Below are positions 48,721-63,503 of a stretch of DNA of 64,000 nucleotides, piece by piece. This DNA comes from Dipteris shenzhenensis (taxonomy: Eukaryota), in NCBI GenBank assembly GCA_047967505.1, contig CM106538.1. One strand, written 5' to 3'. A program made the translations under genes and the position numbers. The notes under the pieces were generated by a model. The model worked only from the letters and a program-made list of their open reading frames with translations, had not been told where the DNA came from and did not search any database. Position 1 is the stretch's first letter. Each line of letters opens with the position of its first letter.

Positions 48721-50239
48721 ACGATTCCGGGAAGCTCCCATGCCGGGGTGTGGTTCGTTGAAGAGTGTGTTGATGCTGATTGGACGAGGTGTTAGATCAA
48801 CAGCGGATGGAGTTCACATTGGCGACGACTAGAGCGAGTGTAGTACTCATTGATATTTGATTATTTCCTTGGCAACTTAGGCGGGGTTTATAACTTGAGC
48901 ATTGGCATGGTGGAACAGAGCATTGTGGTTCTATTTGTGTGCTATTACTTTGTCATCCGCCACTTCAACCCAACAAAGGCCAATGACAAAGTAGCCATGG
49001 TGTGGATGGCCACTAGGAGATGTGGTAAATAGCCATGGCGTGAATGACATCTAGTCATAGGGGATAGCCATGTGGGATGAAGGTGTTCCCTTAAGCAGAA
49101 GAATATGTTGGAAATTTATAGAAGTGAAGTAGGTCTCTGGCATCAATACTAGGAGCATTTCGTGATCATTAAATGGACAGAAGTTAAGCTTTGTGATTGT
49201 AGTACAAAGCAATGTGAGCCCCCCTATGGCGATTGACTAGTGTGGGCACTCTAAAGAGCATTGATTGAAAACACAAGGTCATACAATGGACAAAAAGCTC
49301 AAATGGGCATGCGGAACACACGGGTTGTGGTGAATTTTACAGCAGCCCCTTGTAGAAGTAGGCGGTGGGGATTGTGGATGCAACATGGTAACCTACATAA
49401 ATGATAAGGTTCTTGGGAGGCTTTGTGGTAAGATGAGGCTAGTTGTTGAAACACAAGGCCATTGGATCAATGTGAAAATATTCATTGAGTTGGTGGCTAG
49501 GACAAAAAGCTCATAGTTTGTACTAGGGAGCCACGAAATTGTAATGGGAAACCCTGATCCATTACTACAATTTCTCCCAGTTAAGGATTGTATGTTTGGG
49601 TTGAATGATCGGATCAAAATGGAAGTTAGGGCTGAGTATGCCAATATGTTGGGTGATTCAATTGCTATCACATTAAATTACGAGGATGTAAGGGGCAAAA
49701 CAAGTGGTTTTGTGCATTTGAGTACCCCAAGAAATTAATGTCGGAGAGGAAGTTTACAAGGAAAGGAAATATACAACAAATCAATAATGAAGCCAAGCAA
49801 GTTAGGATAAGTGGCAATGGTTCCCAACCAAGTACCACCATAGGGGTGAAAAGAAAAAGGTCCCATATGTAGTTTGGGGTTGGTCAAAATCTTCTTCGAC
49901 TCTATAGCAGAAAGAGAAGGCAAGAGAACGATTATGCTTCAAATGTTTAAGCCATGCATGAATTTTCTATGCTATTTTTTGTGGGAAATTGCCTTGGGGC
50001 AAGTGATGAACGTAAGAATGTATGAGTGAGTCCTATAGAGGGATCACAAAAGGGGCATAGTGGGAAAGCGCATAGTAAGAGGACACTCGGCAAGATGCCG
50101 AGTGAGGACCCTTCTAGGGTCTAGGGGACAACATGCAGGTACAAAAACATATACAAGCTATGAAATTGTGATATGCTCATGTGGTAGATATGCGAGGTTT
50201 GCAAGTCAGAGGCAAGCGAGTAGATTGTGTTCTTTATAG

Positions 50240-50720
50240 GTCAAGCAAAAAGCAGGACACAATTGCTTTGCGACAACAGAGGTAGAGTATATTGCTTTAA
50301 CTGTGCTTGTGAAGCAACAGCAAAGGCTTCTAGGTGAACTTGGTTCACTCCAAGGGAATCTACTATGATCTTTTGTTGCAACATGAGTGCAATTGCTTTA
50401 GTAGATCATGGGCACAAACCAAAGAGAGAGAGACCTTTGACCTATCCTTTGTTTCTCTAAAGATCTGTCGGCAGACCTATTCACAAAGGCATTGCCAAAA
50501 TCAAAATTTGAGAAGCTCAGGGAGCTAATCAAACATGAGAGCTTATACTAAAGAGAAAGTGTTAGAATGATTAGTATGACAATCTGGTGTGATGGACATA
50601 GGCTATTGCATTGGTTGAGTCTGTGTGCGCAACTCTGTATATAATTTGTATGTCTATCTTCTTGTGTCGTGGTTTTGTGCATATGACTGTCCATCTCCCT
50701 CTTCATCTTCACTTTCTAAC
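50240..50720 (+). pseudogene. Copia RNase H remnant with a probable PPT and LTR start (TGTTAG near 50560)
   Basis: SSKKQDTIAL..TTEVEYIAL and ADLFTKAL motifs followed by a purine run and TGTTAG. Confidence 0.65.
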
Positions 50721-52201
50721 GCTATTCTACTCGTTTGCACATCTTTGTGACTGGGATCTAAGGGTAGTGTGATATTTGGGAACAATCCTCTGTGGGATGT
50801 GGTTAAACCAAATGTAGGCATTCACTTTATATTTCTGACAAGGCATTCCAACTTTTCAAGGTACTTTTACCAGGCAAATCCCAACAATCTCTGAACCACA
50901 ATTTTTTTGGTTCATTACAGGCACGGAGATTTTGGGTGGGCCGCCGCATGGTAGTGCTGTCACAAAAACCACCCCATCTGCCATCAAAACCTGTGTCAGC
51001 CTCCAAACCTGAATTTGATTTTCTGCCTGCACCAGTTGTCTGCATTTATGTTCCCTCAGCACCCACTTTTAGATCCCCACATGATCTGAGCAGGGTCCAG
51101 GAAGGATTCTCCTCTCATTGGGATTGATATAATAACTCACTGGAGATAACTCTCATCCTACATTTCTTTTTTCAATAGGGATTCAGAGTTAGGTTTTCAA
51201 GGATATTAGAAATTTGGAATCAGAACAAAAAAATCTGAATTTGCACCATTGGATATGTTCTTGTCTTACAAAGGTGTATATCTATATCTCCACACACGCG
51301 CGCACACACACACACATACATATCACAATGGAATGGTCATGCATGATATCTAGATTCCAAACTGGGACATGATCTACAGGCTTAAAAGATTAGTTTTTTT
51401 CAAATTGGGGCTATTAAGCTGGGGAATCACATCTGCTGAAGCTATTGGTGGGATTTGGTACGCCACCTTTCCCTTCCTCAGAAATTTGGGCTTCAATGCT
51501 GCAAATGAAGTGAAATCTGGCTGCACACTCTGTGCGTGTGAGTTTGCTCCAAATCGTGATTCTTTATTGTTGTGTGACCTCATAAGGAAGCTCCTCATGG
51601 CCCCTCGCTGCTAAATCTGTTGGAATTTACATATGTGCCAGGGTCCTTGCTGTTTGGACTGCAGATGGCCTGCAAATGGCTGGAAAAGTGATGGATCTAC
51701 CACAAACGTGTTGCATGTTTAGAAGGCACAATGGTGGTGTCAACTGCCTAGATCTTTTGCAAGTTGCCAATGTTTTATACTAAAATCTTCCCAGGTTGCT
51801 AGCATTTTAACTATTTTGCTGGTAACTCGAATTCTGTTGTGCCTCTGTTTGGTGAAATGCTGAACCTCAACAGGCAGCAAAAAGTCTGATGGATTGTTTC
51901 CTCAATTTTTGTGGTTGCAATAAAGAAAGTAAACTTTAGTGCTCTATCCTCTACCTTCATCCCAAAGCTAGCATGATTTATTACAAATGCCTTTTTCAGA
52001 AAATCCATCGTAGAAACTATAAGCTGAAAGGCTGGAAGCGGGATTACATACCAATTTTTGGAAATTTTTCGAATGATTGGACTCTTCTTTCTTCTTTCTA
52101 TGAACTCTACGATTAGGTGAAGATAGACACAGTGAGCCTAACAATTCTGAATACGGTGGATCTCTGACACTTTTGCATCCTGGCATTCAATTTGTGTGTA
52201 G

Positions 52202-52404
52202 TTCCAGAACAAATGCAGTTGGCAAAGGAGGTTGAGACTGAGAATGGAAATGCTGCTCCTTTAAAAGATCCAGTTCCATCAGTTACACAAATTCGAGCTG
52301 GAGTTGCTACCGCTATTGGTGCTGTTTCAGCAAATGCAAAATTATTGGCAGACCAGGAGGAGCGTGAAATAGAACACCTCATGGCAAGCATAATTGAAAA
52401 TCAG
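52202..52404 (+). CDS. SWI3: SWI3 exon (C-terminal SWIRM-associated / leucine-zipper region)
   Basis: IRAGVATAIGAVSANAKLLADQEEREIEHLMASIIENQ; AG/GT boundaries, phase 1-0. Confidence 0.93.
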
Positions 52405-52517
52405 GTAAATGGTGACAGTATTTTAGGCTTGTAGTAGAAGAAATTTGATATGTTCAGGTTACTCTTACAATCTCTAAGACATGTTGTAAGCGCACATGGG
52501 CTTTATTGTGAACGCAG

Positions 52518-52667
52518 TTTAAAAAGCTTCAAGGTAAGGTTGAACATTTTGAAGAGCTGGAGTTTCTACTAGAGAGGGAGCATGCACAGATTGAAAAGGC
52601 ACGAACACAGGTTCTTGCTGATTGGATACGTTATTCACATTATCATTATAATGCTGGCCCTGGGTGA
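52518..52667 (+). CDS. SWI3: SWI3 last coding exon
   Basis: CAG acceptor; FKKLQGKVEHFEELEFLLEREHAQIEKARTQVLADWIRYSHYHYNAGPG followed by TGA at 52665-52667. Confidence 0.92.
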   Translation, partial: FKKLQGKVEHFEELEFLLEREHAQIEKARTQVLADWIRYSHYHYNAGPG

Positions 52668-54236
52668 AGGCCGTAACTTGTTGTCATAGTTGTCTATTTC
52701 TAACAATCACCCTTATGCTCGCAATAGACGAAATTCTTTTTAGGCTTGACATTTAAAGCAGTGGAGGGGTTACAAAGTCTCAGTTAAGGCGTTGCAAAGC
52801 CTCAGCCCTATTGGATCCACTCACTAGATCAGTGGCAGCTGGCTTGTTGTCCATTTGCAAGATCTCTAGCAGATACTGATTCCTGCTTGTGGAGTATGGG
52901 ATGGAGCACATGCTGCCCTGATCTTTGCAAAAGCACTGGCAGTATGGAATTGCTTTCGAAAGAAGGCCATGATGAAAGAAGACCTTTGCAGGTCCCCTTT
53001 TTCGTGCAAGCATTCTGGATCAAACGAAGACAAGGGACTGCCTGTGTGTGACACTGGAATCTTGACAGTCTCAGTTGGTGGAACGCCTTTTGTACTCCCT
53101 GATGCCATGGACAGCTTTTCTTCTGTGAGAGACTATTTGCATATCGCGTTGTGAATAGCATTGCCTATTCCCTGTTTTTCCACATTTATTGTCGTGATTT
53201 TGACTGCCTCGAGTTGCAGTGAACTGTGAAATCGCTCCTTTTCCCATGACGTTCACAATGACTTGTTTTGACATTATACAGAAAATGTTGCTTTTTTATA
53301 ATTTTCCAGCACCTCTGCATGCATTATGTGTTCCAATCTTAAACATGCTACTATATATCATCTTCATCATAATCGTTTCCAATACATTCAGTTGATTGAG
53401 CTTGTATGGGATTGGTTTGGTTAGAAAAGAGTGATATATCATATGCTGTAGCCCATCACAACTGCTAAAAGATTTCTGGCACTTGTGTTGAATGCCCGGG
53501 CATACACCTTTTAAAGGTTCAAATAGAAAAAGAGCCAGACCCGCTGGGCTATCTAGATACACTCTTTCTCCATCACCAAGAGATAAAACCACTTAAAAGG
53601 TTCTTAGCAATCCAAGGAAGAGAAACCACCTGTGGAAGATCTAGATACTGCAATTCCAGCTTTATCAAAGCAATATTAGAAAGGATGTATGCATCAATAA
53701 AATCCTTTGTTTTCCAAAATTTAGTAAGAAACTACTGAGTTGAATGGCTGAGAGAGAGATTACAAGGACAGTTAATGGGAAGATCACAAAACAAATCAAA
53801 TTAACTGCGAACAATACCAAGTCTACATGCTTTGAAATCCAAACTATCATCCCATGCTACTATCAAGATTATGCACAAGAGGTGCCTTAAAGATCTTAAC
53901 ACAACTTAGAATCGAATTCTAGGTAACATCTATGAATCTTGTTGTTTTGGTGAGTAAGCAAGAGCTAGATTTGGGAATTGCAACCTCATGTATGGCAATA
54001 TGCTCAAATGACAAGCATCAATATAGCATTATGCTATGTGCCATCTATTGATGATTACAATAGATTTGAAAGTGAACTTGGATCTATCTGAGAAATTCAA
54101 AGAGTTAAAGAGAATGGTGGTAATCTAATAAAAAGGAAGACTAAGAGTTCAAAGGTCTATAACAAGAGCATATTTTTTGAGGTTTTTTAAATTTGGAAGA
54201 CAGTTATGTTGTGTAGGAGATATATATACATATATA

Positions 54237-54277
<41 letters not shown>

Positions 54278-54864
54278 CACGTGTAGTTTCCTGCTTAATG
54301 AAAGCTTTCACCAAATCATGCACTTTAATGATAAATTGTTGAGACAACATTAACAAGCATATGCATAGGATATAAATTAAATATTAATTATTTCAAAATA
54401 TGAAATTAGGCGGAGATTGAATTCCTTTGATGGATTGAAGTGTATGGGAATCAAACCCATGGTGAGACATATATGAGTATTTGGTTCAATAAGACATTCC
54501 CATATCCACAATAATAAATTAGGAAAGTTTGCATGAAAAAGAGAGAGAGCTTTTCCACTAGCTATTTTGATGAGAGAAATGCATATTGAATAAAGATAAA
54601 TCAAATCGATGTTTTTAATTTCATGCACATTGAACTCGTATGGATGTCAATTGGTGGATGTCAATTTTCTTAATGGAGATCTATGAGAAGAGGTCTATTG
54701 TATGTGAGTGCCACTACGTTTTGAAGTAAAGAAAAGAAGAAATGGGAAAAAAATCAAAGAAAAACAAGGTGAATGATATTTAATCATTCAGAATGCCTGC
54801 CCAATATAAAAAGAGCAAAAAAGAATCCATTGGAGATGGTGTGGAGGAAGATTGCAGAAGATAA

Positions 54865-54900
<36 letters not shown>

Positions 54901-55272
54901 AATGAATTTTTTTTAGAAGTTCACTTGAGCATTTACTCAAACTCCCCCTAAAATGCCTATAAGCCACAAATAAATCTGTGAGGAGGGAAACAAAAAACAC
55001 ATGTACCAACCAAATAGATCCACTCGCATCAACCACTTTAAAGTCTGCATTCAAGTCCATACTCGAGCTAATGAAGAGAAGCCACGTATCAAAATATTGT
55101 CCAATAGAAAAATTGCGCTTCCAAAAATTGTAAAAACGCCTAATTTTTGCTTTGCCCAATTTGAAACGTTGCTAAGGCTCCCCCCAAAGGGCAGGCCAAA
55201 AAGTATCCCACAAATTTAGTATAGAAAAATTAATGCATACTTCAAGCTAAAAGGATTTATCAAAAGTGAACA

Positions 55273-57631
55273 TGATGAGGGGTTATACTCAAAGGATAAG
55301 GAGCCTATGGTGTAATGTGTGGAACACCCAATCCTTACAAGGTTTATAGCTAATATACTATGTTACGTGTTGGCTCTATCTTCTTCTCCTCCATCTCCAT
55401 CCAAGTCATGGGGGCTCAAAGATGAGATGTCAGCCATTGGATCAAGTCTCCCTAAATCATGGAAAATGGTGGGCGCTATGAGCTGCATGATGTGTCAAAA
55501 GCTTACCCACCCACCCATCACATCATACCAAAGCACTTTCCTAAATGCTGAAGTGTCAAAATCTTCCTAACTTGCCCATCACATCAACCTTTTAATTGAT
55601 GATGTGTCAGCTCCTCGCCGCATGACTTTGGCAGTCGGGAGGTTGGCCTCTCCCTCATATGAAAGTGATTCGCGGCTTTGCCCCTGGCCACTTTCATATG
55701 AGGGAAAGGTCTGCCCATGGCCTCTCCCTACCCCTTCCTTATCCCACTCTTGATGCATAGCTCTCTCATGTGATTCTGTTATAACATGGTATCAAAGTCA
55801 TCCTGCCCTATCTCCCTTTTTTGATCGACTTTTTCACTGCAGCACGTTTTTTGCTCATGTAGAGCTACTGGCTTTTGGAGGAATTTTTTTCGTGGCTGCC
55901 ATTGCCATTTTTCACCATTGTCTATCTACCCTATTGGTTTTAGGCTGTAATACCATCTACACGTTGCCGCCATTTTGAGGCACGATTATTTCTTTGCATT
56001 TTGGGGAGGCTGTCTTCATCAAGATCTTCTGCCATCATTGACCAAGCCATCACCACTACTTTGCACTAGTCATCCTATTAAATGATTAGCCATCATTTCT
56101 TTAAAGAGCTTTTGTTATAGATCTACAGAGTAATTAATTATAGGCACAAAGATGGCTTGGAATAATAGGGGGTATTTTTCTATTCAGGTTGTTACAAGGT
56201 GCCTTACGTGGTGTCTTATTGATGTGGACTGCTACGAGTTTTCTTCTTGTGCTTCTGCTTGCTAGCTCCACAATCTTGTGGATCACCTCGAGTCATAAAG
56301 ACAACCTGCTTCAAATTGGATTGCCTAGTCTATTATAGAAAGCACCACCGACCTTCTTGGGAGTTGGCCTATGGTTGACATGTCATACAAGTTTCTTCTA
56401 GCTTTAGAAACTCAATTTTATGCTATTCATTTCTATGAAGAACTGCGTATTGTTGGTCATGCAATTGTTTATTTGCTGCAGCCACTATTGGTATTATCGC
56501 AGCCTATTCCTCGGGGTCCAAATTATCATATATTGGGCTGCATTGGCCAAGGAGCTATCTACCATAGAAAAGGTCAATAGCAATGGGTTTCATGCATGGA
56601 AAAATCAAGTGAAGTACTTTTTATAATGTCCAAAGGATGGTGGCCGTATGTCTATGGAAGAAAGAGATAAAAAACTCATCCCATCATATTAATGAGCTTT
56701 GAAATGACAAAGCAAGAGTGGGATCAAATCAAGAAGTTGTATAAGCCATGGATTAAGACTCAAAATTTGCATTGAAAGTTGATTTACTTAGCCTTGAATC
56801 TACTCAAAAAGACCTCGATACATTTATTTCTTGCATGCAAGAGATTATGGCCGAATTAGAATAAGGTTGTGGCTAAACCATATTCTACATTGGTCACAAA
56901 TTTGAAAAATGTTCCCAATCCTATGCTTAAGAGAGTCATCTCACCTCTTCTTGATGAGGAGGAATGAATCGAGTCCAATGGAGCATCCACACCGGGTGCA
57001 TTGGTTGTTATGAATGAAGCATTGTACTCTAAGTTTAGCTTAATCAAATGCTATTATTATCAAATAAGAGGCGCATTAATGAAGCATTGTACTCAAAGTT
57101 TAGCTCAATCAAATGCTATTATTGTAAAGTAAGGGCGCATTAAAGCTAAGTGCTTCAAGAAGGATCCAATGCACAAGCATGGCCACCTTTAACAAGGAGT
57201 GTACCACCATGAAGAAGAAGGGAAGTTCACATCTTTTTTTACATCGATATGCTACTTTAGTTAGTACCATGACTCTTATTAATTTAATTTTGTGATAAGC
57301 CTAGTTGATAAAGGCTTTTCCCTATGTATCAACTAATGTAGTGCAATACTTCTCTCTTGCTTTATATTGAGGGATGGTGTTGAGATATTATCCTCAGTTT
57401 GATTAGATGCTTCTAAGATTGGATAGGAATTTAGAGACATGTTTGCCTATTTAATAGGTGGAAGGTTTGGTGTAATGTGTGGAGCATCAAAGGAGCCTTG
57501 TCCTTGTTGCAAGGATGATAGCTAATATGTTATCTTATGTGTTGGCTATATGTTCTTTTTGTTATCCTCGTCCATATCCTTTCTTATCCCACTCCTGGTG
57601 CATAGCTCTCTCTCTACATTACTCTACTACA
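55273..57631 (+). mobile_element. Old non-autonomous Copia derivative with only a gag remnant (TR-GAG-like); ends approximate
   Basis: Diverged direct repeats at ~55273-55786 and ~57378-57631; PBS TGGTATCAAAG at 55787; gag N-terminus IEKVNSNGFHAWKNQVKYF..MSKGWWPYVYG near 56565-56660; purine tract before the second LTR. Confidence 0.65.
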
Positions 57632-58479
57632 AGCTCATTTTTTCTTAACACTCCAATGGTTTGCCTCCCAACTTTCATACAACCATAGTCTAGAACTTTA
57701 CAATACTCTTTCTAGCCTTATTGAAATCAATGTGGAAAACGTTCTTTCTTTGATGTGTTGTCGTTCTCTTTGTCTTTTAAGATCGCTCAGCACAATATGT
57801 GTCTCTCACTCAATCTTCTACCACATTTTTTTTCATGCACATCTTTCTCTCTACTTATGGGGTCAGTTTTTCTTGGTCACTCTTTGCTTCCTCTCTCAAT
57901 AGTCTCTCCCTCCCTACTTCCCTGCAACCATAATCCATAATATAGAACTTTGCAATGATCTTTGCAACAATATTTAGTGCTACAATGAGGGCATAATTTT
58001 TTGGTTGTTTCTACAATAAAGAGCTCATTATAGGAACTGAAGAATCCTAAATTGAAGAGGAGACTCTTTGTTAAGTGAAGCATACAAACCATATTAGCAA
58101 TAGCATTGTATGAAAATTATACTTCCATTCCTAGAGCATCAAGGGTGTTGAACATACACTTTAGGGAGAGCCTCAAGGGTGTTGGGCATACACTTTAGGG
58201 ATCTTTCGTCAATAATTAACACATTCTCAAATAAGGAAGATGGAAGCAAATTGTCATTTGGTCTTTGCAAAAGGAAATCTTATGATGATATGTTGATTTT
58301 GTCTTCACATTTTGGACATACGAAACAAGAGTGTCACCAAACAAGGACATTTTTCATCTTCAAATTGCCAGAAAGAAACATGTGAAGCAACTGATGCATT
58401 TCCTTGACAAGTCTCAAGTAAGTGATCTTTCATATGTTGGCTGCTACTATTTATTGAAAGTAATAAAATCTACTATACA

Positions 58480-60400
58480 CCGCTATGCATCACATATTAT
58501 GCACTCATATCACATATATTGGGTTGTATAGATAGCAATTGCTCATATCACATATTATACACTCATATCACATATACTGGGTTGTATAGATAGCAATTGC
58601 TAGATATCCACTAGATAGCAACAACTACATACCCACTACATAGCAATAAAATCTATTGTATAGTAATAAAATGTGCTATAAAACATGATATGTTGTATAC
58701 AATGTTCTACATAAAATGTGTTATATAGCATACACAATGTATTATGTGCTCAATGTACTACATACCATATATAGTGTGCTATATACCATAATCGATGTGC
58801 CATATAGTTTTCTATAGAGCATATATAATGTGCTATATAGCATATGTAGTGGGCTATATACAGGGTATATGCATAATGTACTACATAGCACATAAAAGTG
58901 ATATATGGCATGTACTTTCTTCACAACACTAATAGTGTGCTATATAGCACATACAATTTTCTAAATAGACTACAGTTGGATTTATAGCACCTAACTATGC
59001 TACATAGCACATCCATCATTCTAAATAGCAAACATTTTGATTTGTAGCAACTATAGTATGCTATATATCACATACACTTCTATAAATAACATATTTTGAT
59101 TTGTAGCAGCTATAGTATGCTATATAGCACATACAATTCTATAAATAACATTTACTTTTATTTAGAGCACATACAGTATGCTATTAGCTTTCTAAATATG
59201 CTACATGATACATGAGGACCTGAGAATTAGTCTCTAGTTTTTCATCCAACACCACTCAAGATATCATGGCACCATAGACCACCCCTTGGATTTTTTGTCA
59301 TATTGTAGAGGCTAGGGATAGAGTTCTTTCTCTCCCACATCTTGTATAATTTGTTTTGAACGGAATAAATAACCACATGCCCTAAATAGCCTATAGTTTG
59401 ATTACAGCCTACACATTAATTTATAGCACCTAAGTGTGCTATATAGCACATATAATGATCTAATTAACGTACACTTTGATTTATAGCACATATACATGTC
59501 ATATGGTGTTCAAAAATAGCATAAACTTTAAAAATTAGCACCTAAAGTGTGCTAAATAGCACATATAGCACTGTAAATAGCATACACGTTTATTCATAGC
59601 ACATACAATGTCCTAGATAAAACACATAGTCTTCTACATAGCCTATAATGCACAATATAGAGCACATACAATTCTACAAATAGAATCTACTTTGATTTAT
59701 AGCCCTTGTAATGTGCTATATAGCACATATAGTATTCTAAATAGCATACACTTAAATCTAAAGCATCTACAATGTCATATATAGCTAGTATATAGCACAT
59801 ACATGTTCCAAATAGCATACATATTGATTTGTAGCGCCTACAATGTGCTATGTAGCATGTATAGTTCTCTAAATGGCATATAGCTTGAATCATAGCACAC
59901 ATAGTGCTATATAGCAGACGCTTTCTAAATAGCCTACACTATGCTGCCTCTACTGTTTTAAATAGCATACATTTTGATTTATAAGACTATAGTGTGCCCT
60001 GAATGTGCTATATAGCATATACACTACGGTGTAGATGTTAGAATGTTCTAAATAGCATACACTTAGATTTAAAGCACCTACAATGTTGTAAATAGCATAC
60101 ACTTTGATTTGTACTACCTAAATGTACTATATAGCACATACAATGTGCTATATAGTGACACAAGTTTCTATATAACCTACATAGTGCTATGTTTGCATGA
60201 CATTGTTCTAAATAACATATAGCATACACTTTGATTTGTACTACCTAAATGTACTATATAGCACATACAGTGTGTTGTATAGTGAAACAAGTTTCCATAT
60301 AACCTACAGATTGCTATATTCCCATAACATTGTTCTAAATAACAGATAGCTTGACTTAAATCACCTACAATATGCACTATATAGTACAAATATAATGTTT
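58480..60400. repeat. AT-rich degenerate minisatellite built on TATAGCACATA / ATGTGCTATA, with higher-order duplications
   Basis: The motif recurs dozens of times in both orientations; ~55-bp duplication near 58490-58600 and ~127-bp duplication near 60090-60340. Confidence 0.8.
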
Positions 60401-60430
60401 TGATTTGGTCAAGATTCAAATGATTAAGTA

Positions 60431-60964
60431 CTTTTAATAGAGACCTTGGATTAAAGCAATCCAAAAAAGGAAATTGCTCAAAATTTTATGCTCTTCTTTT
60501 TATGCACTCAATTTGTGCTTTTGGAAAATGTAAAAGGGTCATTTGTGAATTCCAATAAGTATGCATGGGTAAAGATAAATTTAGGCACGCGTGTTATGTG
60601 ATGGTCTCAAGGGGTCGGAAAGCACAATGTATAATTTGGATAGCATGAATATAGAATTATAATGTAAAATGCATTACAGGGCCCCATATATGGATTACAG
60701 GGTCTTTTAATAGAGACCTTGGATTAAAGTGATCCAAAAAGGAAATTCCTCAAAATTTCATGCTCTTTCTATTTATGCATTCAATTTGTGCTTTTGGAAA
60801 ATTTAAAAGGGTCATTTGTGAATTCTAATACATATGCATGGTTAAAATTAAATTTAGGCACGTGTGTTGTGTGATGGTCTCAAGGGGGCACAAAGTACAA
60901 TGTATAATTTGGATAGCATGAATATAGAATTATAATGTAAAATGCATCACAGGACCCATATATG
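60431..60964. repeat. Two-copy tandem duplication, period ~273 bp
   Basis: CTTTTAATAGAGACCTTGGATTAAAG at 60431 and 60704 with colinear continuation. Confidence 0.9.
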
Positions 60965-61689
60965 ATACAACAAAATAACCCATGTCAAATGTATATAACA
61001 TAATTGTTTGGATTGTGATCATGTGCTATGCCTGCTATATAGCTATTATGATGTTGTGCTCAGGGAAAAACCTTAGGGGAGAATTTCAGCCCAATAGTGA
61101 ATTTAGAGGCTTCTTCAAGTTCACTGGGTTACAAATTATGGTGTACACCTATGGCGGGTTCTACTGCAGCATCTCCAATGCCTTCACCTTCACAACCAAG
61201 AGAGTAGAAATGTAATGTGCAATCTCCTCTATATAAGTATTTTTAATCAAATTTAGGTCTTATTAAGAGTCATTTTCATGTTTGGAAGTCAATGTAAGCA
61301 TGAAGAAGCAAGATGCCCTTTCATTTTTGAACACTTTCATGGAAGAATAGCTCACAAAATAAGAAAAAACAAAGTTAAAGCAGTGCTGTCTCTGTGCCAA
61401 CATGGACTTAGGTAGTACAGAATATGTGTGTAGAGCAGCGGCAAAGCTCCCATTAGGGGAGAATTGGGGTCTCAAAAGGGCCTCATAAGGAATGGGTTAA
61501 GAAATGGATTAGGCCTAATGCAAGTCCTCTTGTGGGGTCCAAGGGAGTCCTAACCCCCCCTACCTAGGTGGGTTAAGCCCAGTTGATCCCACCTCTTACA
61601 CCTCGGAGGGAGCCACCTCTTACACCTCTTACACTAAGGAGGGGGCACTTTTCCCAAAGTCAAAATTTCAAATTTCAAATTCGAATTTC

Positions 61690-62200
61690 CTCTCTCTCCC
61701 TCCTCCCCCCATCCTCCAAAGTCAAACTTTTGAATTTTGAATTTTGAGTCTGAATTCCCTCCTCCTCCCCCCATCCTCCTCCTTGTCTCCCTCCCTCCTC
61801 CTCTTCCACATGTCCCATTCCTCCTCCTCCTCCTCCTCCTCCTCCCTCCCACTACCTCCCTCCCCCCTCCTCCTCCCTTTGTCCACATGCCTCCTCTTCC
61901 CTTCTCCCACATGCATCCTCCTCCTCCCCTTGCTGCTTTTTCCTCCTCCTCCCTCCTCCCACATGTGTCCTCCTCCTCCCCCCTTGCTGCTTTTTCTTGC
62001 TCCTCCTCCTCCCTCATGCTCATCCATTCTCATCTTCCCTCATGCTCATGCCTACTCCTCCTTCCTCCTACTCATGCAAGCTCCTCTTGCCTCCTCATGC
62101 TCATGCCTACTCCTGTTGCTTCTACTCCTACTCATGCATATTCGTCCTGCCTTCATCCTCACACCTAGTCCTCCACTTGCTTCTCCTCCCTCGTAATCAT
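61690..62200. repeat. (CCT)n-rich polypyrimidine low-complexity tract
   Basis: CCT repeats interspersed with CACATG and CTCATG units. Confidence 0.9.
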
Positions 62201-63186
62201 TCATGGTCTCTCTCATCTCTCCTCAAACCTCACCTACCTTCTATCATGGCCTATCACAGTCTTTGTAAACTCTGGAGTATTGATAGCACCATTTGAGGAG
62301 ATCTCCCATGTTACCATATGACCGTACAGTTGCAGGATCAATATGTGATCCATGATTGTTTTTTTCAAGAAAAGAAGCATCTTGAACCTCAGTAGGTGCT
62401 CTAAAGAGGAGAATATGAGATAAAATGTTAATTTCGTAGTGTTTTAATGTAATTTCTTACTTTGGATTATCCATAGTGGTGCATTTCTTTTGCTAAGGTT
62501 CCCTTACTTGTTCTTTCAAGACCTTCATGGAGGATGATATGAGAATGGTGGGCATGGATGATATGGACTCTTCATATCAAAAGACACAAAGTCATGCATG
62601 AGCAAGTTGTTTTGGAGGTGATGCAGGACTTGAAGGGAATGGTGATGCAAACGAGATGCCTGGAGCTTGTGATGCTACTAATGTATGTCTTGAAGTCCAA
62701 AAGTTTATTGAAGAAGAAGAATTCACATGATGCATTACATCTATTTAAATTTAAATTTCTAAAATGATGTTTCTTCATATGTGTAGTAGCAAGCAGAAAT
62801 GGAGAATCTATCCATTTAGAACAAGAAGGCATGGAGAATTCACAATATTGACCCAAGGCAACCTACGTGATCCATTCCAATGTGTTGTACATGAGATTAT
62901 AAGAACTTACGAGTTGAATGTGAGATTCCAAATAGCATAGCAGTCTTTCTAAGGACTTAGTCGAGGATTCAAAGACCCTATTATTGGTGTATTAGAGTTG
63001 AAGTAGAAGAGAAATAGGCTATGAAGCCTCTTTGTAATACAATCTGAAATACAAACACCTATTTCTAATAATATTCTTCTATCTAAAGCAAAAAAGTTTC
63101 ATGTATCTATGGCTAAATGGTGAATCTTTTGTTATGTCTATTTTAATTATTTGTTGTTTTCAATATTGCATCTTTTTTTATATCAG

Positions 63187-63465
63187 CTTGCACACAAAAG
63201 TTATATCACATTTTGATGTAACTTACAAGTCAATAAAATGTTGATTGCCAAGTTTGGCCATTCCAATACATATGTAGACGGGATTTGACCATGGCACCAC
63301 ATTGATTAGATGGAGTGTTTAAAAACCTTGCACACAAAAGTTATATCACATTTTGATGTAACTTACAAGTCAATAAAATGTTGTTTGCCAAGTTTGGCCG
63401 TTCCAATACATATGTAGAAGGGATTTGACCATGGCACCACATTGATTAGATGGAGTGTTTACAAA
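63187..63465. repeat. Two-copy tandem duplication, period ~140 bp
   Basis: CTTGCACACAAAAGTTATATCAC at 63187 and 63327; copies nearly identical. Confidence 0.92.
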
Positions 63466-63503
63466 CCCAAATTTGAGATTTTCCTACATCACCTTGTAAA
63501 GGA

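Noticed and set aside
54221-54895. (TA)n, (CA)n and (GA)n runs
   Set aside because: Ordinary microsatellites with no further structure.
61634-62296. Pro-, Gly- or Glu-rich ORFs
   Set aside because: Translations of a (CCT)n low-complexity tract that is open in most frames.
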